DNA from: Octopus sinensis
Lineage: Eukaryota
Length of the DNA: 64,000 nucleotides
Direction of reading: 5' to 3'
Assembly (NCBI RefSeq): GCF_006345805.1
Contig: NC_043004.1
Span: 47,554,001 to 47,618,000, forward strand
The position numbers were made by a program, and so were the translations under genes. The notes beneath the pieces were generated by a model. The model worked only from the letters and a program-made list of their open reading frames with translations. It did no database searches and was not told where the DNA came from. Positions within the stretch are counted from its first letter, which is position 1; the number at the start of each line of letters is the position of its first letter. Of this stretch, positions 28,975 to 42,796 are shown piece after piece.

Positions 28975-29275
28975 TTTTTTCGAGAAAAAAAAAATTCATC
29001 AATGGCCAGCATATCAAAAAATACCTTTAAAGTTTAAATTTATAAATAATTTACAAAATGAGGACAGAAGAAAAATTCTAATGCCAAATATGCCGAAAAA
29101 AAGACAAAACTTGTCAATAACCATTATAATTTGTGTCTCGAAACAAACATAGAAATTTCTAAAAAATCCGTTATTACCGCATTGGTCCCAATTTCGGGGT
29201 TAATTCAAAAGAATTTTCCCCTCTTCAGCGATAAATACGTGAGATATAAGTGAAATACTTACTCATACCCATGGA
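28975..29275 (-). mobile_element. Family H1 HHR-bearing repeat
   Basis: Reverse complement of 13848-14095 homology. Its 3' part is duplicated at 29870-30015 on the other side of a SINE. Confidence 0.75.
29174..29234 (-). ncRNA. Type I hammerhead, G at position 17 (probably inactive)
   Basis: Minus strand: TTATCG-CTGAAGA-GGGG(18 nt)CCCC-GAA-ATTGG ga CCAAT-G/CGGTAA. Confidence 0.8.
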
Positions 29276-29431
29276 AAAAGCAAGCACTAAGTCCTGAGCA
29301 GACCTAAGTACCCCAAATATATCCAAAATAGAAAATCTTCGGGACATCTCGAGGCACGTGTGATTCGAACTAGAAACTTTCACAGAGTGAGAGAATACGG
29401 AAGTGAACACTATTCAATTTATAACTAGTGT

Positions 29432-29848
29432 ACTCTTACTCTCTCTTTTACTCTTTTACTTGTTTCAGTCAGTTGCCTGCGGCCATGCTGGAGCACCGCC
29501 TTTAGTCGAGCAACTCGACCCCGGGAATTATTCTTTGTAAGCCCAGTACTTATTCTATCGGTCTCTTTTGCCGCTAAGTGACGGGGGCATAAACACACCA
29601 GCATCGGTTGTCAAGCAATGCTAGGGGGACAAACACAGACACACAAACACACACGCACACATATATATATATATATACATATATACGACGGGCTTCTTTC
29701 AGTTTCCGTCTACCAAATCCACTCACAAGGCTTTGGTCGGCACGAGGCTATAATAGAAGACAGTAGGCCAAGGTGCCACGCAGTGGGACTGAACCCGGAA
29801 CTATGTGGTTGGTAAGCAAGCTACTTACCACACGGCCACTCCTGCGCC
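29432..29848 (-). mobile_element. tRNA-derived SINE (family C), full length
   Basis: High similarity to 17943-18446. Confidence 0.9.
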
Positions 29849-30197
29849 ACTGTAGGATTTTTTTTTTTCGGGAAAAAAAATTTTATCAATGACCAGCATA
29901 TCAAAAAATACCTTTAAAGGTTAAATTTATACATAATTTACAAAATGAGGGCAGAAGAAAAGTTCTAATGCTAAATATGCCGAAAAAAAGACAAAAATTG
30001 TCAATAACCGTTATAAATGTACATATATACATATAATTTTGTTATTTGTAGATTAACCAGATTACCATTACTTTCATGGTATGAGAGATATTTCTTAGCA
30101 ATTATTAAGTCTGTCATATGGAACGTTGTTGTTCTTGTGAATCTAGGATAAGAACAATAAAATCACGTCAGATTTTGGAGTAAAGTAACAGATATGC

Positions 30198-30660
30198 ATA
30201 ACAGTTACAGTTACCCACAGTGGCCTCCCTAATATAGGGTCGATTATATTCAACCACAAAAGCAATAACAATATTACGAATACACCCCAACGACCATATA
30301 AATGTAGTTCCCCGGACATCTGTCTCCTGAACAACAGGCATTGGAGAAAGAACGAGTGAACAAGGCCAATATCACGGATATGAAGGGAGTATAAAAGACA
30401 TATATCGGAATGACGGAAAATACCTTCAATGAAAGATTTACTCATCATTGGGCTACATTCAGAAGCAAAAAGAAAAATAACACAACATCTGTATACAATA
30501 TGGTATGGACACTGAAAGAGAGAGGCATGAGAAATCTCAAGATAACCTGGTGTACTATTGCTAAGGCCAATAAATATAGGGGAAGGGGCAACAAATGCGT
30601 GTTTACGTCTCTGAAAAATTAAGCCTTATCGCATCAAAAGTGAATATTTTAAATATTATG
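30198..30660 (+). mobile_element. Penelope-like element GIY-YIG endonuclease remnant
   Basis: Frameshifted PNIGSIIFNH...CSSPDICLLNN...LEKERVNKANIT...TYIGMTENTFNERFTHHWATFR...VWTLKERG...ITWCTIAKANKY, typical of the PLE linker plus GIY-YIG domain. Confidence 0.85.
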
Positions 30661-30698
30661 GATTAAAGCTTTTCTGCCTGTACAATTTCACACTCCAA

Positions 30699-30824
30699 AA
30701 TTGGCTGATGAGTGCTCAGCATTTTAAAACTGTTGTAATACTTACAACATTTAATAAAATAATGTAGTACGTTGCGATCGTACCAAATTACCGGAGTCAT
30801 TCTTGTTTTGATTATTTTGATTAC
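30699..30824 (+). ncRNA. pLTR copy 1 with hammerhead (core CTGATGA intact, GAAA replaced by GTTG)
   Basis: TTGG-CTGATGA-GTGCT...long hairpin...AGTAC-gttgcgatcg-TA/CCAA. Confidence 0.7.
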
Positions 30825-31027
30825 ATATATATATATATACATATACAATTATTAATACAATAATTTTCATATCAGCCTGGAACAACTGAATCTTAGTCAG
30901 TCAGTTGATGGGCTTCACTACCTCAAATGTTCTTAAAATTTAAATCCACATCTTAGTTTATATATCTACCTTCTCTATAATGTTGCCAATTGATATGAAC
31001 ATTTTTGTATTAATGGAAAACCTATAT

Positions 31028-31225
31028 AATTGGCGGATGAGTGCTCAGCATTTTAAAACTGTTGTAATACGTACAATATTTTAAAAAATGATGTAGTACG
31101 AAACTACCGTACCAAATTACCGGAGTCATTCTTGTTGCTTATTTTAATTATAATCACCCCATGGATTTTTATGGATAACACCATACAGAATTCTAGTGCA
31201 TCTAATTAAGTACCATATTCATTTG
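31028..31225 (+). ncRNA. pLTR copy 2 with hammerhead (U4G in core, GAAAC-TACC-GTA intact) and 3' tail
   Basis: TTGG-CGGATGA-GTGCT...AGTAC-GAAAC TACC GTA/CCAA. The tail matches 47170-47285 on the opposite strand. Confidence 0.75.
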
Positions 31226-31274
31226 AATCTAAATTTTTGCTGAACTTATATATATATACAAATATATATATATC

Positions 31275-31306
<32 letters not shown>

Positions 31307-31358
31307 ATGTATGTATATATATATACATATGTAATATATATTTATATTATATTTAATA

Positions 31359-31417
<59 letters not shown>

Positions 31418-31559
31418 AAATTTTACAGATTACTTTTCTAGGAAAACAAATGATAATTTTCATCATAATAATGTCCTTAGAAATAATTTAGGCGCATGAA
31501 CAAAAGGAGATTACTTGCTATTCCTAATTACAATTATACCTTAGAAATAAGTACCGAGT

Positions 31560-32200
31560 GTTGTAAAACTACATCGTACCTTATAATTTTTATCAAAAAT
31601 GTTTTAATTATTCTTAGAAGTACACTATAATTTTTATATATCCAATACTTTTTCTGTGAATAATGGGATGTATCTCTTAGTCTATTGAAATGCTAAATAT
31701 TAATATTAATTATAGTAACTTTCATACGATATACGTTCTTAATTACTATTTTACTATACAATATACAATTAGTTTTCTCACTTAATTACAACTTTTAAAT
31801 ATTATAACAAACTTCTATTTCTTAATATTTTATACTTTATATCTTATTTCCCAAATTAATTATGTTAATTCCCATTATTCTACTTAAATGACTACTTTAT
31901 GTCCCTTAGCACCAATAGTAGTAAATTTTTTCAAATACATCATAGTATTATAGTAAGATTTCATTCAATAATACATCCCTCACTACCCCCGCGTCCTACC
32001 ATTCTTAATAAATATTGTTTCCGTTATTTGAATATTCGAAATAAGGTCCTCATCAATCTTCCTCGTTATTTACCACTAATATATTAGAAATCCGGACATA
32101 TTATGGGGCTCTTGTACGTCTGACATGGTTCGAATCATGATGATCCGAAGCGATTGTTCACCTTGTAGCCGGATTAAAACATATGTAGACATCTTTTTTG
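31560..32200 (-). mobile_element. Possible decayed PLE GIY-YIG remnant
   Basis: Minus-strand fragments TIASDHH, EPC..K.P..ICP and IPLFTEKYWIYK resemble the PLE linker and C-terminal CxLCLTEKYWI motif. Confidence 0.3.
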
Positions 32201-32462
32201 GTTATTTCTGATGTTGGTTCTGTTACTTTAAATTTTATTTGTAAAACAATATTTGATATATATTCATCATGATACATATAAAATTAAATAAATATCCATA
32301 ATATTTGTCTCTATTTTCTTATATATATCTGCTGAATACTATATTGGGCATTTTATCCATATATATTGAGGAATTTTCTCTCAATATATAAATTGGTAAC
32401 GTCAGTTGATATTCAGATATTTAAAAATCAGTGACGAGGATATAACAGTCTCTTTTTTGACA

Positions 32463-32502
<40 letters not shown>

Positions 32503-32534
32503 TTTTGTCATCTTACCGTTTTTATCAATAAGTA

Positions 32535-32565
<31 letters not shown>

Positions 32566-32626
32566 CATACATACATACAATTATGTTTGAACTTATCTCC
32601 TTCAACATCTCAAATGTAAGATATCT

Positions 32627-32718
32627 TCCCTGATGACGGACGCTCGTGTCATCCTATAATGGAATCAATCTACAAAACATTATTATGAACCGCCGAACCC
32701 ATAGAAATTGCGGTTGGA
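32627..32718 (+). ncRNA. Degenerate type I hammerhead-like motif
   Basis: TCC-CTGATGA-CGG...hairpin...CCG-AA-CCCA tagaaat TGCGG-TT/GGA. GAAA and stem III are damaged. Confidence 0.45.
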
Positions 32719-32814
32719 TTTGTAATACTTCCCCTCCACTCCTTTAAATCTCCATATTGTTTCTAATATGTCTATGATGGACCGTTATAGATCGTTAGCC
32801 ACAATAAATTTTTT

Positions 32815-32982
32815 TCTCTCTTTGTTTCTCTCCTTGTTTTTTTCTGTGTCCCTTTCTGTAGAAGAGCGTAGGCTCGAAACGTAAAAGACTTTTTCTATTC
32901 CTGAGCGTTATACTAATACATCTGTTTGTTTTGTACACCACTTGTCTTCGTCTTTTGTTTTTTTTCGTAATCTCTCCCTATA
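32815..32982 (+). mobile_element. Short repeat (family H2) carrying a minimal hammerhead with an A6U core
   Basis: CTTT-CTGTAGA-A-GAGC gtag GCTC-GAA-ACGT-A/AAAG at 32852-32887. Homologous to 37133-37296 (-) and 53224-53310 (+, 3' part only). Confidence 0.7.
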
Positions 32983-33027
32983 CACACACACACACGTACA
33001 CACACACATACACACACATACCCCCCC

Positions 33028-33071
<44 letters not shown>

Positions 33072-33920
33072 TTTTTGTATTTCATGTATTTAAAACAATT
33101 TATATAGTGATCTGTCTATTTCGCTAAACCCTTATTTACCTCTATACCAGCTTAATTTTAAATGTCTTGAGCACTATAAAATGTATTCTATACGGAGAAT
33201 ATTGGGGTCTCATGTATGGAATTTACATATACATACAGGTATATATAACGAAAAACAAATGTAAGTGTTGCAAAATATATTTAATTGGCAAATCCTACAT
33301 TCAGCGAATGATTGTCAAATCAATTAATCTTAAAATGTTAATTCAATGAGAAAATTCATATGCAACCATTATTATGTTCTTAATTTTGGGCAACCCCATT
33401 GCTTTCATCAGCGTAAGCTCAAACTAGGAATGCGAAGCGTCGCCGTGCTTAAAAAATTTATTTCTCTCTACTGAAAATATGCTGCGCTTGTAACATTTGG
33501 CTTAACATTTGGCACATTTTCTTTAATGTATTACTGAATTTAATGTATTACTGAAAAAAGAATGTAATTTTCTTCGCCATATTTAAATATATAGTTGTAC
33601 ACATCCGTCTGTCTAATTTCACTTTCGAGATGGAGATTGCTTCGGGACTAGGATAAAAGGACGTTAATCAAGATGCCGCCAAGTTTGATCATTTTCAGAA
33701 GTATGTGATTGCCAAGAGGTTGATTTAACTGTGTCATCATACCAAACTCACTGCGGTATTGCAGAGCTGATATGACATCCTAAAAATAATTATTATATTT
33801 CAAAACACAGTTGCAGAAAAGAGAAAATGCAATATTACCTGTGAGTATTTGTGTTTCTCTATGCGTGTATGTGTGATTTATATATGTAGTTTAATATATT
33901 ATATTTATAGACAAAGTGAA

Positions 33921-34233
33921 GGCGCGTGGCTTAGTGGTTAAGGGTATTCGATCACGATCGTAAGGACGTGAGTTCAATTCCCGACGACTCGTTCTGTCCT
34001 TGAGCAAGACACATTATTTCACTCCAGTTCACTCAGCTGGCAAAAATGAGTAGTACCTCTATTTGAGAAGTCCACTCTTGTCATATTGTGTGTCACGCTG
34101 AATCTCTTGACAGCTACATTAACGGTCACGTGTCTGTGAAGTGCTCAGTTACTTGCCTTTTAATTTCACGAGCAGGCTGTTCCGTTGAACGGATCAGCTG
34201 GAACCATCGTCATCGTAGCTAACGGAATGCCAC
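33921..34233 (+). mobile_element. tRNA-derived SINE (A-like head, D-like tail)
   Basis: GGCGCGTGGCTTAGTGGTTA head, GAGTTCAATTCCC, CTTGAGCAAGACAC body and CACGAGCAGGCTGTTCCG tail. Confidence 0.8.
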
Positions 34234-36014
34234 TTATACATAAGCCGTCGAGGTGGCAGAATCGTTAGCACATTATATAAAATGTTTACAGACATTACTT
34301 CCCATTTTACATTTTGAGATTAAATTTCACCGATTTCGGCTTTAGCTTTTATGCTTTCTGTCGATAAAATAAGTACTGCTGATGTAATAGGTAAACCTCA
34401 CTTCCGAAAAATCTCAGGCCTTGTTCCTTTGGTAGAAAGGATTATATAAATATATATTAATTGCTAGCAAGAATACAGTGTTTGGTTTTGCTACCTTAAT
34501 GTATCTCCAAGTATAAGGTTTTATGAGTCAATATTATGCCTTACTTCTGTGTTAGCAATGAGGTGTTTGCATTTTAAAATTTATCTTTACAGATTTTCCA
34601 CAGAATACCGAGCCAGCTCTGAAAATTATGTACTTTGGTATACGAATACGTCTCTGTAAATAATGCGATTGAAGATAGAAAATTAGGTAATTCGTGTATA
34701 TGCATCGCCGGGTGTTTATACTTTACGTTTTTGATCATGTATGCTGTCAATGAAAATTGACCAAGGGCTAAACTCCAACATCAATAATTGTGTTTATTTC
34801 GCACTTAGAAGACATACATCTCTACTTGAGAGGGAATTCGTATCCAATATTTCAAGAACACAAAGCTTCGACTACTTTTGACAAGCAATTATACTTCGGG
34901 AAAAGATACTAACGAATGGAGAGCGATGTTATGTGTGTGTGTGTATGTGTGTGCGTGTGTGTGTGTGCGTGCTTATGTGTGTGTTTTCTCTGCGTGTGTG
35001 GGTGTGTAAGTGTGTTTGCTTGTATGTACATAGAGTCAGATAGGCAGACACGATAGATAGATCGGGCATGCGAAATGGGACCAAGCGAGAGAAATGATGA
35101 ATGCGATAACGCACGAGGAGAAAGTGCAACTGAGAACAGGGAGAATGAGGAGTGGTAGTAATACAAAAGAAAGAGGTAGAGAAAGAAAGAGAGAAAGGAA
35201 AAGGTGAAGTAGAAGGAAGTGGTGGAGGAGGATGAGAACAATAAGAAGAGGCGAAGGAAGTAGAGAACAAAAAGAGGACGATATTCCTGTGGTGGCGACG
35301 GCGGCTGTGGTAACAGTATCGGTATCAATCCTCTATAATGAGGATTGATACTCCGTTAATCATGACGATGATAATGAATGTTGATGATGAGGAGGAGAAG
35401 AGGTTGAAGGAACATGGTGTTTCAATTTTTATACATATCTAGCAGCAATACCAGATCTACATTCCAGGTATTGGTAGCGCAAAAATTTGGGCACTACGAA
35501 TCAATTATGATTACCATAAATTTTCAAAAATATTGCAGGCTACAAGGAGAGTAAAACTATGATCCGGCTAACCTATATATATATATATATATATTTCATT
35601 TACACCATTATTGTACCACTGAAGACATTCCTATCTATATTTCATGAAGTAATGCAACGAACTTATCGATTTCTTGGCATCTACAAGTAAATTCCTTGAA
35701 GTTTTCTGCCAAAATAGTTAGAAGCCATGTATTTGTTCAATTTATTTTATTTTCTTCCATTGTTTTTACTCATTTTCTTGTGTATGTACGGATAAGAGCG
35801 TTATTGTTTTCCAAAGAATCATAATTCTTTGAGAAGTACCATTTATGGAAGTGTGGTGCCTTGTACTTATTGATTCGTTTCACAAGTGTAGTTCCATTCC
35901 TTGTTTACTGAAAAAATTGTTTTAAACTGTCTCGTTTATTGTTATATGTTCCTTTATATCTTTATAGACAGTAAAATTATATCGTTAGATATTCAAGATA
36001 TACACCTCCATACG

Positions 36015-36099
<85 letters not shown>

Positions 36100-36209
36100 A
36101 AACACCTCGTATATATTATATCGCGATTATATATACAAGTGTATGTTTCGTCATGTGTGTGGAATTCTTTTTCTTTCGTGTGTGCTAGTTATATAGTAGA
36201 TGTATAACA

Positions 36210-36259
<50 letters not shown>

Positions 36260-36551
36260 TATATATATATGGATATAGATAGATAGAGAGAGAGAGAGAG
36301 ATACATACATACATACACATATATACATATATATAGGTGTGTGTGTGTGTGTGTGGTGTGTGTGTGTGTGTGTGTGTGTGCTTCAAAAGGTTGTTATTTA
36401 TGACCGGTTAGAGAGGGACCATTCGTTTTGAAACCATAAAGTTTATAGAGTTATAGGTCGCTGGCAAGACACATAACCTCTCTTCAACTGGGCGTTATAA
36501 CGTTATACAGACAAACATACACACACACACACGCACACACACACACACACG

Positions 36552-36583
<32 letters not shown>

Positions 36584-37058
36584 CACACACACATACTTGC
36601 ATACACATATTCACACACACGCACATATATAATTCATCTCTCTGTCGATTTCGAGATTAATCTCGGCGATAATTTATTTTCAGTAGAGAAGGATCGTGTA
36701 GGAACAACCAGACTTTTGGAAATGCTGATACCAGAATTTTGAACAACATAGTCTGCCTTTGGAATACGAAACATCGTAACAAACATCATTGCTGGTTATA
36801 ATTTTATATAGAATATCTGTAGACATATCCTTAAGAAGTAATGCGAGAGCGCAGTGCCGACGCATTAGAACGCGGTATTGCCTTTAAAAGCGTTTAATAT
36901 ACTTTATAATATGGTAAGGTTGCATAACGAAATAAGCGTACCTGCAAGTACTTAATTACCAGCGTCCAGAATGTTTTTAATATGTAAAATTTATACATCC
37001 GGTAATTATACACCTATAGTGTATAGTTATTGGATATAAGAATTTATATATATATACT

Positions 37059-37132
<74 letters not shown>

Positions 37133-37134
<2 letters not shown>

Positions 37135-37296
37135 GGGAGAATTCACAAAAAAAAACAAAAGACGAAGACAGGAGGTGTAGACAACAAACAGATGTATTAG
37201 TATACGCTCGGGAAGTGAAAAAGTCTTTAGCATTTCGAGCCTACTCTCATCCACAGAAAGGAACACAGAAATAAACAAGGAGAGAAAATAAAGAAA
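37133..37296 (-). mobile_element. Family H2 repeat with a decayed hammerhead at 37225-37260
   Basis: Minus strand CTTT-CTGTGGA-T-GAG agtagg CTC-GAAATGCTA-AAG, then the same tail as 32815-32982. Confidence 0.7.
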
Positions 37297-37378
37297 ATAT
37301 AGAATATATATGTATGCATGTATGTTTGTATGCATGTATGTATTGGCTATTTAAGCAATGTGTTTGACGATGATTACA

Positions 37379-37438
37379 GGGTTAGATGCAGATGAAGGGA
37401 CAAACCCCACTGAAATATGGCATATACGCCCATTACCC
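37379..37438 (+). ncRNA. Degenerate type I hammerhead-like motif
   Basis: GGGTTAGATG-CAGATGA-AGGG acaaa CCC(CA)CT-GAA-ATATG g CATAT-A/CGCCCATTACCC. U4A core; perfect near-palindromic stem III. Confidence 0.55.
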
Positions 37439-37499
37439 ATTTTTCGTCTTCGATCTCGTTGCTTGTTTACATTTGACACCTCGTATATAAAACATCGTG

Positions 37500-38210
37500 A
37501 CTGAAACAATAGCAAGACAAATGAGATATATGTATAAGAAGTATCTCAAAATATATGTAAGACCTTATATCTGAAGATCAGGGTTAAGGATTATCTTGAT
37601 ATTGTTAACTTTCTGGATACTATTTAGAATTTACATGCCTTCTAGAAAACACGGTAATTACATTTTATCAATAGCAATTACAAATATTCTACAACAATTT
37701 TTGAAAAGTGTTGATATTAATATAGGGGAATGTATATTTACGCTCTCACTACATCGTAGTATTACACACTTTTAAATGATGAATGAAATAGTGGTCAAAG
37801 AGTAAGACAGATAAATTTAACATAAAATTATATAAGCGAAAATTTCATATCCTCGTTTCCATATCACAGTTCCATATCTTTATGTTTCTCCGTAGATTAC
37901 AAATATCATAAAGTCTAATTACTTCTATTGCATTAACTGTGTTACTAATATCAATACATTCTACATCAGAAACATCACCAATACAAAGTTTGACTCAAAT
38001 ATCAATTCCATATAATACTAAAACATATTTGAAAGCTCTGGACTATGTGCTAAATTTTCTTTTGATTGCAACTCTTACCAAAATCGTATACATATGTATC
38101 TGGTTTAGTGTTAACTTCGCTTAAAGAATGATATTACCAGCATATGCAAAAATTCTAAAACATAAATGAAGAGAAAAGAGCAAATATTTAGATATATAAA
38201 TTGTCAAATT
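37500..38210 (+). mobile_element. Decayed PLE: end of RT followed by GIY-YIG remnants
   Basis: LKIRVKDYLDIVNFLDT and YMPSRKH resemble PLE RT motifs (KIVNFLDV, YMPYRKP). Downstream GL..TSLKE*YYQH resembles GIY-YIG. Confidence 0.5.
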
Positions 38211-38225
38211 GGCATTTACTTCACT

Positions 38226-38509
38226 GTGGAGGCACAGGGCTTAGTGGTTAGAGCAGCGGACTCGCGGTTGAGGGATCGCCGGTTCGAATCTCAGACCGGG
38301 CCATGTGTGTTTATGAGCGAAACGCCTAAGTTCCAGGCGACTTCGGCAGAAGGTAATGGCGAACTTCTGTTGACTCTTCCGCCACAACTTTCTCTCACTC
38401 TTTCCTCCTGCATCTAGCAGCTCACCTGTGACTGACCGGCGTCCTGTCCAGGTGGGGAACCTATACGCCAAAGAAACGTCAGGCATGACTCGAGAAGGAA
38501 CAAACAACA
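38226..38509 (+). mobile_element. tRNA-derived SINE (family D head, alternative tail)
   Basis: Head shared with 17192; GGTTCGAATCTC B box. Confidence 0.8.
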
Positions 38510-39370
38510 TTTACTTCACTTAATTCACATAAACCATTTGTCCAATTCTGTTGTGAATACTACTTCGCTTTAATGTGGTTCATCATACTGAACTATTCAA
38601 ACGATTTCAACAAAAAGACAGAATCAGTCAATTACTGCGTATATTGTCATTATATTACCCAGTATGTAATCTTTTATCCAAGAAAAATGTAAATTGTTAT
38701 TTAAAACAACATGTGTGTGTGTGTGTGTAACTTTCTGTTTTGCGTAACTGAAGGTATAGAAGGTACCAGGTGTATCACTAAGCATAAGATTCTAACTTGA
38801 AATTGAAATTGAAAACTATTGCTTTTATTCCTAGATGTTTGAATACGTTATACCTGATACAATAGGATAGAGCAGCCACCCTTGATAAATGAGGGACTTA
38901 ACAGAATCTCTGAAATTTCTGTTAACCTGGCGATCTTTTTTATCTACCGCATTATTGAAATCTACTTACGAATTAAAGATGAATTAACTCCACTAGTGCG
39001 AAAATTGAACACCACAATACAACATCATTCGCAAGTCATTGTCTGAAGAATCATACATATATTTCGTTGTTTGATACTCTTAGTAAAAATTGAAGGAACC
39101 ACTAAATATAAATCAATAAGGTCGTGTACTGAGTGCATAATTATTTCGTTTGAACACGAACACGTATATGCAAACACACGTTCCTGTTAGACACAAAAAC
39201 ACATCACACATGCGCATGTGTATTCATACATATACATATGCAAATACACGCTCACGCACTCATAAACATATATATGTGTGTGTGTGTATAATGTATATAT
39301 GTATATATGACGTACGCGTGTATGAGCGAATGTGTGTATGTGTGCATGCAAGCGTGTGTATGTGTGTGTT

Positions 39371-39411
<41 letters not shown>

Positions 39412-39665
39412 TGTGTGTGTGTTTGTGTGTGTATGTGTGTGTGTTTGTGTGTGTGTGTAATAAATCTTCTGGTAACAGGGGCCTCATAATTTAACAATAT
39501 ATATCATTAAAACATATACATAATTGGGACGACAGCAAAAAAGTTCGCAAACACACTAAGCCCACTTTGCGCTGAAATGATCTTTGGAAGTCGTATGTGA
39601 TGAAAATTAAAGCACGTCAGGGACATAGTAACCCCTGACAAGGAAGGACTATCGAATAACATTCT

Positions 39666-39712
<47 letters not shown>

Positions 39713-41406
39713 AGAGAGCGTGTGCGCGCCTAGTGTGTATATGTATTTTTGTTTCACTATCTTTACGGCATTTATTAATGAGATATTCCCATTTGTGTTT
39801 CGTAGGCGTCTTTTCTTATAAAATTTGAGGCGTTGGTATTTTCCTTTCTCCAGCGTCGATCAAAAATCAAACTTGTTGTTGAAGCCACAACAAAAGGTCT
39901 TCTTTTGCAATGGGTGAGGTGGTATTCTAACATTCTATCCTTTCTGAAATGTACGTGCTTGTGATGAGGTATGAAAAACTTAACAAGGGCGAAAACAATG
40001 TTAGGTTTTGCGTGCTCTTTAGTAAAGTTTTTAGTGATACAGAATTGTTCTTATTAAACTGGTAGATAGATGGATAGGTAGATAGATAGATAGATATATA
40101 GATAGATCGATAGATAGATAGATAGATAGATGATAGTTAGATAGATAATACATAGGTAGGTAGGTAGGTAGGTAGGTAGGCATTCATGACAAGAAGATAA
40201 TTCAACTTTATATAAAATGGAAGTATACACGAAGGTGGTCATACTTGATAGCGTGTAAACAACCACTGTATGTGTGCATATGCATGTGTGAGTTTGTGTG
40301 AGTGCGTGTGCGTTCATATACCTGCTAATTCAAAATTGATATAATAATATAGTGATATACATATTACTCTTATTCCTTTACCTATATTCCTATACATATG
40401 ATAGACCTAATCAAATTATAGAACAGTTTATACAGACGTATTCAGCATACAATACCTTAATTTATATTCTATCAGAATGAAAATCTATTTGATCTAATTC
40501 ATCTATATATCTAACACATAATATTGATATTCTATAGGCATTAACAGTCTACATTATATTCAACTAACATAGGAGATGATTTGACACTACAGAATTTCAA
40601 GAAAATATTTTTTGATAATATCATGTTTGCTTAGAGGTTTTTAACTGAAAAATCGTCTTTTATGTATATGTACAAAAGCGTGAAATTAAATTCAACTTAC
40701 GTAGACTTAGCATAAATTTCGTTCGTAATATTGGTTTATTTTGCTAAGAAAATTATTTGATGTTATCACTGGGTCATGCGCATGGCTTGAACATTTACTA
40801 ATATTACAGAGAAAAAAAAATTAATGTAAATTTAGAATACGTATCTACGCATGTAGCAACAAGATGTTGACGGTTATAAATGAATGTGTATTTTAAATAT
40901 TTCAGCATCTCATTTCATATACAAGAAACTATTTTTTAAATATAATTCGCAGAATAGTTTCACACAATAACAAACGCCTAGTTCAGATTTATTTTAAATC
41001 GTGAAATTTGTTTTCAATGACTATATGTGAATGGCTGAAGCAAAACGTTGCAGAGCCGGCTGTGACTGGCAGTAAACAAAGCGAACTCCTACGTTGTCGT
41101 TCGATCTGTCAGAAATGCCATTTAATCTTCAGTCAAATCATCTTTCAATGGGAAGAATACATTGATTGATTAGTCCCTAATAGTAGAGCGGCAGGAATTG
41201 GTAGAACTCATAATAACACTTTCAGCTATCTGCTCGGGCTTTTGTGCACTGAGTTCAAATTACCACTGAGGTCATCTGACTCATCCTTCATAAGGACGAG
41301 AGAATAAAGAACTAGTTAAACAGTGGGAGATATTCTGTTCTCCCTCTTCTTCTTCATCATCATCACCATATCCTCTTCTCTTCTCTTCTCTCTCTCTCTC
41401 TCTCTC

Positions 41407-41437
<31 letters not shown>

Positions 41438-41456
41438 GTTATATATATATATATAG

Positions 41457-41488
<32 letters not shown>

Positions 41489-42051
41489 ATAAATGGCTGT
41501 AATGGGTTATAAGAAAGATGTTGGGTTCCCTTCACGGTATCTATATCGCCTTTGGCAACACAGCGGAAGAATATACTTGCCAAATTTCTGAAAGTGTATA
41601 AAAAATGAAAAATCCCAATTAAGTCATTTAATCATTGTCATACACGCATTCGTAGTAACTCCTTCAATCTCACCGTTAGAAAGCCATCGAATTAGTGAGT
41701 AAGGAAACATGTAACTAACGGCGTTAATCTTCACCAATTGAGACAGAAAAAAATTAAATATCAACTAAGCAACAACCGCATTATACGTTAGACTATTCTG
41801 AATTCAGTGAAAGATGATATCTCTAAGCGTAGAAGTGTGATCGTGTTAATTTGGTGCTTAGATACTTATTGCAGATAACACATAAATGCTAGCTAGGAAT
41901 ATCTAAGAGTTAAAGAAACCACAATATCCCTCATTGATTAATAATAACAGTAATAATAAAGAGAAAATGTCTTCTGATATAGCCTCGGCCAACGAAATTC
42001 TTGTGAGTGCAATTGGTGGACGGATACTGAAATAAGCCTGTCATATATATT

Positions 42052-42159
<108 letters not shown>

Positions 42160-42244
42160 GATGTTGTATGTATGTATGCATATACGGATAGTTTGATAGA
42201 TAGATACACACGCACACACCCATACAAACACACACACACACAAC

Positions 42245-42306
<62 letters not shown>

Positions 42307-42340
42307 ATATATTATATATATATTATATATGTATAATGTA

Positions 42341-42519
42341 ATTTCTTTTGATTGTTTCAGTCACTACCTTTAGTCGAACAAGTCGACCCCAGGACTTATT
42401 CTTTGTCAGCCTTGTACTTATTCTATAGGTCTCTTTTGCCGAACCGCAAATTTGCGGGTATGCAAACACAACAAGATCGGTTGTCAAGTGATGGTGGAAA
42501 ACAAACAGAGACACACAAA

Positions 42520-42589
<70 letters not shown>

Positions 42590-42755
42590 AGTTGCTTCTT
42601 TCATTTACTGTCTATCAAATCCACTCACAAGGCTTTGGTCGGCCCGAGGTTATAGCAGAAGACTTTTACCTAAGGTGTCACGCACTGGACTAAACCTCTA
42701 AACCTGGACCTATGTGGTTGGGAAGCAAGCTTCTTGCCACACCGCCACTCCTCCG
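42341..42755 (-). mobile_element. tRNA-derived SINE (family C), diverged
   Basis: Similarity to 17943-18446. Confidence 0.8.
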
Positions 42756-42764
42756 TCTTTACAC

Positions 42765-42796
<32 letters not shown>

